Assembly (NCBI RefSeq): GCF_038025025.1
Contig: NW_027117339.1
Span: 620,001 to 684,000, forward strand
Direction: 5' to 3'
Source of the DNA: Phyllosticta citribraziliensis
Lineage: Eukaryota
DNA: 64,000 nt
Shown: positions 59,664 to 64,000 of the stretch, piece after piece
Position numbering within the stretch: the first letter of the stretch is position 1
Layout: each line of letters starts with the position of its first letter
Program-made: the position numbers and the translations under genes
Notes under the pieces: model-generated
Databases searched by the model: none
What the model saw: only the letters and a program-made list of their open reading frames with translations
What the model was told of the DNA's origin: nothing

Positions 59664-60715
59664 TTACAAACCCCCTTGCCGCCGCACCTCGAGGAAGCGG
59701 GTCCGCTCGTGGCGCCGGTCGACCCACGACTTGACGTCGTCCCAGCGGCGGCAGGTTTTGGGCTGCTGGTGGAGCGGCGGGTGCGACGGCGCGTGGTTGG
59801 CGTAGCTGCTGCCGCCGCGCATGGGCAGCACCGTCAGATCGGCAGAGCACTGGATCGTCTGGCGGAGACGGTCGAGACAGGCGTCTGTACTCCATCATTA
59901 GCTTAACTGAGCCACAACACTCGTTCTGAGACCAGGCAAAGATCAGAAAAAAAGGGGGTGGGGACGGGGCCAAACGCACCAACTCTCGCTCTGCCGTCTT
60001 CCCACTTTCGCCAGCCGATGCCGTCCTGCGCGCCGTGGGTGGCGTAGTACTCGGCGTCGAGCTGCATGCGCACGCTGTTGAGGCAGCTCAGGCTGTGGTA
60101 GACGTCGAGCTCGGCGTAGATGGGGTCCGAATGCACGCGCGGCGGGCTCGCCAGCCCGGCTCGCAGCAGCGGCGCGCTCTCGTCGGCCGTCAGCGCGAAG
60201 AATTGGCCCTGCAGCAGCTCTTTCCATGCGCGGTCGATGCCGGGTACGTTGCGTGGGTTGCCGAAGTAGGAGGGGCTGGTTGCGGATGTGCTGCTGCTGC
60301 TGCTGCTGGAGGAAGAGGAGGAGGAGGAGCTCGAGTTTGTTGCTGGCGAGGTGAAGACGCGTTGTTCGAAGCGAATGGAGGAGAGGGCACCAGAGTCCCT
60401 TAGAAGGCCTCCTGCTGGTGATGTTGATGCCGACGAGACGGGAACCAGACTGAAAGGGTCGCGCAGCGTGACGACGGGGCAGTAGGAGCCCGAGTAAAGG
60501 AAGTAGGCAAGGGCGAGCGTCATGATGTTTGAGCAGCACAAGGCGAAGACGAGGACGTGGTTGAAGGACTGCAGCGAATGTGCTGGCGGTGGTCTTTCGG
60601 ATAAGTGGTAGGCGTAGAATTGTTGGTCCTCGTTTTGATCCTCTTCTTCGATGCGGATCAGACAGTCGTCCATTTTCTTCTCGTCTAGCGGGTAGACAGT
60701 TCGGTAGGGCGCCAT
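59664..60715 (-). CDS. DUF3328/UstYa-family type II membrane protein with degenerate HxxHC motifs
   Basis: Exons 60715-59980 and 59884-59664 (intron GTGCGT..GCTAAT..TACAG). TM helix, YFG.P...IDRAWKEL, LDVYHSLSCLN.VR, RVDACLDRLRQTIQCSADLT, KTCRRWD.V.SW. Confidence 0.88.
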
Positions 60716-61616
60716 GACTGCTGGGGCGGTGTGGTGGATATAGTGGCGGGCACGTGGTGGGACGGGAAAAGGGGAGTTCAAACAGAGAGGTCAAGTCGAC
60801 GGCAGCCTTATGAAGAAAGAGGCAGCAGCGTGGGGAAGGCAATGGGATGCAATGCAGGTCAAGTGGTTCGATACGAGAGGCACATGGGTACAAGTAGGAT
60901 GGACTCCGGGCTGGTTTTGGACAGAGGCACCGTCCGTGATCGATGACGGTCCAGGCGGTGTCGTGGCTCCCGCTAATGGACGCCGCTTCCTGTGGTCTTC
61001 ACATAGCTAGTGGACTGTGGACCTGACCCCTTGGCTGCACGCGCATCATGGCGGACTTGCTTGGCGGTGGAGATTCATCATGTTCGCCGTCGAATGCGGG
61101 AGCTGAAGCTTGGCAAGTGCTTCGCGCGAAGCTTGTCGTCGCTATTTTCATGCTCAACGTCGTATCGTCTGGCATGCTCGTCCGTCGGCGGGGTTTGGCC
61201 TCGTACCGCTCCGCGAACATCCCAAGCGCAATGATCGCCTTCATATGGAATACGGTACGCGCTGAGGGAAAGCGGAAAAAATAAAGCGGTTGGCATTTTT
61301 GAAGCAGCGCGGGGCCGTCGACATTCCACCCTCGTCGAGTTCCACAAGTCTGAAAGCGGAAATTGCCCGAACAAATCGGCCCATTGCCTCATTCCGATGC
61401 AGAAAGGCGAAGTTTCCATCGTATCTGCGCCATCAGCACCACGATACGAGCACCTGCCTGCTTGCAACACTGGATAAACATACTGTACTTTTACCTGGCT
61501 GGCTGGCCCCCACTACAACTCTATCCCACACCCGCCCAAGTCGAGGTGAATGTGCCTATAACCAAGTCAACTCCAATGCGCCAGAAACAGACACGGCCGC
61601 TAGCATACCGCCACAC

Positions 61617-63281
61617 TTACAGCTTCGCCTTGGGGTCCACCTCTCTCTTGTTCCCCGCCTCCGCCTTGCCAACGCTCCTCAAGACGTCCCACACCTCGAG
61701 ACCCTGCTCCCACATTTCATCGTACCACACGTCCACATTTCCATCCGCCTTGAGCCTCCTAACCTCCTTGTGTCCCTGCGTCCCCCACTCCTCGCGTACC
61801 TTGGCCACATCACCCTGCACGAAGCTGCCAAACAACCCCACAAACGCCTTTTCGACAAGCTTCTTTTCATCGTCGCCCAGCGGCCCTGGCGTCCCGGCGT
61901 TGCCCCACCACCAAATCGGCATGTCGCTCGAATGCGTGACGCCCCACTCGGGCGGAAAGATGTTGTCGACGCAGCGCGCACGCCATTCGATGCGATATCG
62001 AAACACCAAGTCTCCCGCCCCGCCGAGCACCAGCTTGTCGACGAAACCACGCTCCAGCGCGTGGATCTGCACGTCGGCGTAGATGCGCCCAAAGGCATCG
62101 CGCCAGTCGGCGCATTCGGCTGGCAGCCGTCCGTTGGGATAGTAATGCGCGACCAGCGCATCCACGGCCGGTGCTGGGTAGTCTGCACGCAGCCGCTGCA
62201 CGACTGATGCGAGCGAGTCTTCGGGCGGATGCCACGTTCCGTACAAAAAGTGCTCGTCGCGGCACTCGCCCATTAGCAGGGCCACGTTGCGCGATCGCAT
62301 GCGCGCGCCAAACGCTCCGCTGTCAATCTCTGCGTACAGGTCGAACGGGACGAAGACGTCATCCAGGGTCGCGCGGAATTGGTGGCGCTTCATGGTGGAA
62401 GCGGCTGCGAGCAGTTGGCGCGCCGGGATGGATTTGAGCTTGCCGATCTTGTCGACTGTGGGCAAAGACGAAGGGATATTGAGGTGCTCGAGGAGCTCGT
62501 CGAATTGGGCTTGGGCCGACGAAAGCGTTTTGGGCTCCATTCCGGGTCCGTTGCTCCACATGACGCACCGCCGGATGACGGCCTTGGAGTCGGGCTGGTA
62601 CAGGTCGTAGGCCAACTGCTTGAAGGCGCTGTGCGAGCCTGCTGAATACCCGCCAACCGTGATGTTTGAAGCATCTCCGGAAAAGTAGCTTATGTTCTTG
62701 TAGGTCCATTCGAGTGCGAGTCGCTGGTCCCAGAATCCAAAGTTGCCGGTGGGCTCATCTTCTGCGGCAGACTGGAGTTCTCTGGAGCCGAGGAAACCAA
62801 ACAGGTTGAGACGGTATGCTGGCGCGACGACAATGGCTCTAAACGGCGACTCTGAAAGCAATCCTACGGGGTTGATGTCATTGGGGCTTCCAACTTGCAG
62901 GAAGCCGCCGTGAATGTAGAAGAAGACGGGCCATCCGTTGGCTGGAGGCTCGCCAGCAGGAATCCAAATATTGAGCTGGAGACAATCTTCATCCCACAGA
63001 GTTGAAGGTCCGTCACCAGTAGTTCCCATCAAGGTAGCCGACTGCGGACACACGCCAGTGCCGCCTGTGAATCTCCCGGGATTGCCTCTTGTCCCGTAGC
63101 GGTAGCAAGTAGGTAGCGGTCGCGGTAGTCGCCATCTGAATGGACCGAGAGGTGGCAGAGCGTACGGTATGCCCCCAAAGTAGTGGCACAAGTCTTCTCT
63201 GGAGCTCTTTTTAATCGTGGCGCCTTGGATGAAACCCCGCTGATCCAGGTCCCGCAGGCATGGCTCTCGAAACGTGGCCAT
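61617..63281 (-). CDS. Intracellular type-B carboxylesterase (pNB-esterase-like) with PTS1
   Basis: FGGIPYA.PP.G.FRW, DEDCLQLNIW.P, YIHGGFLQ, YRLNLFGF, GYSAG, GEC.DE, GVTHSSD; ends AKL*. First ATG in the ORF is at 63281. Confidence 0.93.
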   Translation of the reverse strand: MATFREPCLRDLDQRGFIQGATIKKSSREDLCHYFGGIPYALPPLGPFRWRLPRPLPTCYRYGTRGNPGRFTGGTGVCPQSATLMGTTGDGPSTLWDEDCLQLNIWIPAGEPPANGWPVFFYIHGGFLQVGSPNDINPVGLLSESPFRAIVVAPAYRLNLFGFLGSRELQSAAEDEPTGNFGFWDQRLALEWTYKNISYFSGDASNITVGGYSAGSHSAFKQLAYDLYQPDSKAVIRRCVMWSNGPGMEPKTLSSAQAQFDELLEHLNIPSSLPTVDKIGKLKSIPARQLLAAASTMKRHQFRATLDDVFVPFDLYAEIDSGAFGARMRSRNVALLMGECRDEHFLYGTWHPPEDSLASVVQRLRADYPAPAVDALVAHYYPNGRLPAECADWRDAFGRIYADVQIHALERGFVDKLVLGGAGDLVFRYRIEWRARCVDNIFPPEWGVTHSSDMPIWWWGNAGTPGPLGDDEKKLVEKAFVGLFGSFVQGDVAKVREEWGTQGHKEVRRLKADGNVDVWYDEMWEQGLEVWDVLRSVGKAEAGNKREVDPKAKL

Positions 63282-64000
63282 GAACGGCGATAGTCGAGGA
63301 TGCAAGGTGCTGTGTAAAGTCCTGCAGGTTACACAACCTGAGCCCAATTCAGAACGTACAGCTGGGTTTGGACCTAGCCGGAAGCTAGTTTTGATGCCGC
63401 GTAGGAAACGCGCGGAAGATCGGAGGCGTGGAGGCGTAATGAAAGACGGAGGAGGATCAAAAGATGTCAATTGCGAAGAAGGTGGAGTTCTAAAGGCGCA
63501 TGCGGGTGATGACGAAGATTGTTGGATGGATCTCGAAAGACGAAGGTGGGAGGATAAGACGTCAACACCCAGGCCAGGACCTGGAAGTGGTGGCCGCTAA
63601 AAATGGCGGGGTAGGGGTCGGGGCCAGAGTTTGGCGGAGCAGCTCCCGGCGTCGCTATTTGAACCAGAATCACCTCACATCCCATGTCCATCCTCTGCTT
63701 CTTCATGCGCCAGCTCAACATCTCTCGGATGGAGAGCAAACACGTCGGAGCAATATCGAGAGCTGCAACGACGCACGAAAACGACGTGTACCGCGCTTTG
63801 CAACCCTCGCCTGAAGACACGACCACCAGACGCTCCCATGATCTTGCAATTTGATATCGGCCAGATGCACCTACCCGCCCCGCTGGTCATGGGTGCGGTT
63901 TACCTTTGCGCTTCCTCATGGATTTATCCGCGTGGAGGAAGAATCCTTCCTCCGGGCTTTCGGCGCCCATAGCTTTACGGATTTGCCTTCAGCTCGCATG

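Noticed and set aside
1..64000. CRISPR arrays, intact transposons, RIP-mutated AT-rich blocks, TPP riboswitch, TGA-CTA readthrough stops
   Set aside because: None seen by eye. The stop-codon contexts I checked lack the TGA-CTA motif. A covariance-model scan would be needed to exclude snoRNAs and other small ncRNAs.

Overview
Eukaryotic DNA from a filamentous ascomycete (Pezizomycotina; short GT-AG introns with CTRAY branch sites, GC-rich core genes). I can reconstruct about 20 protein-coding loci: Erv25/p24, a BTB protein, a HAD hydrolase, an Nbr1-type autophagy receptor, a prolyl 4-hydroxylase, a GPI-type GDSL/CE16 esterase, NDUFA5, an Eps1-like PDI, a NOL1/NOP2/Sun methyltransferase, RTA1, a C2H2 transcription factor, a Ych1/Ibp1 phosphatase, GH16, a Set3-like protein, two carboxylesterases, SMC2, a DUF3328/UstYa homologue and a DUF6604-like protein, plus a partial ORF at the left edge. 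The window also holds a dispersed 5S rRNA gene, an intron-containing tRNA-Pro(AGG) and a decayed amino-acid permease pseudogene. Most worth follow-up: (1) an intact DUF3328 gene whose copper-binding HxxHC motifs are degenerate and that has no visible RiPP precursor; (2) a lower-GC accessory-looking block at 1-4.3 kb; (3) a putative complex 5' leader (long intron, uORFs, in-frame non-AUG extension) on the C2H2 factor; (4) a frameshifted methyltransferase; (5) a pseudogene zone beside the tRNA. All family calls come from motif recognition by eye; no searches were run. I cannot demonstrate a new biological system from this window alone.
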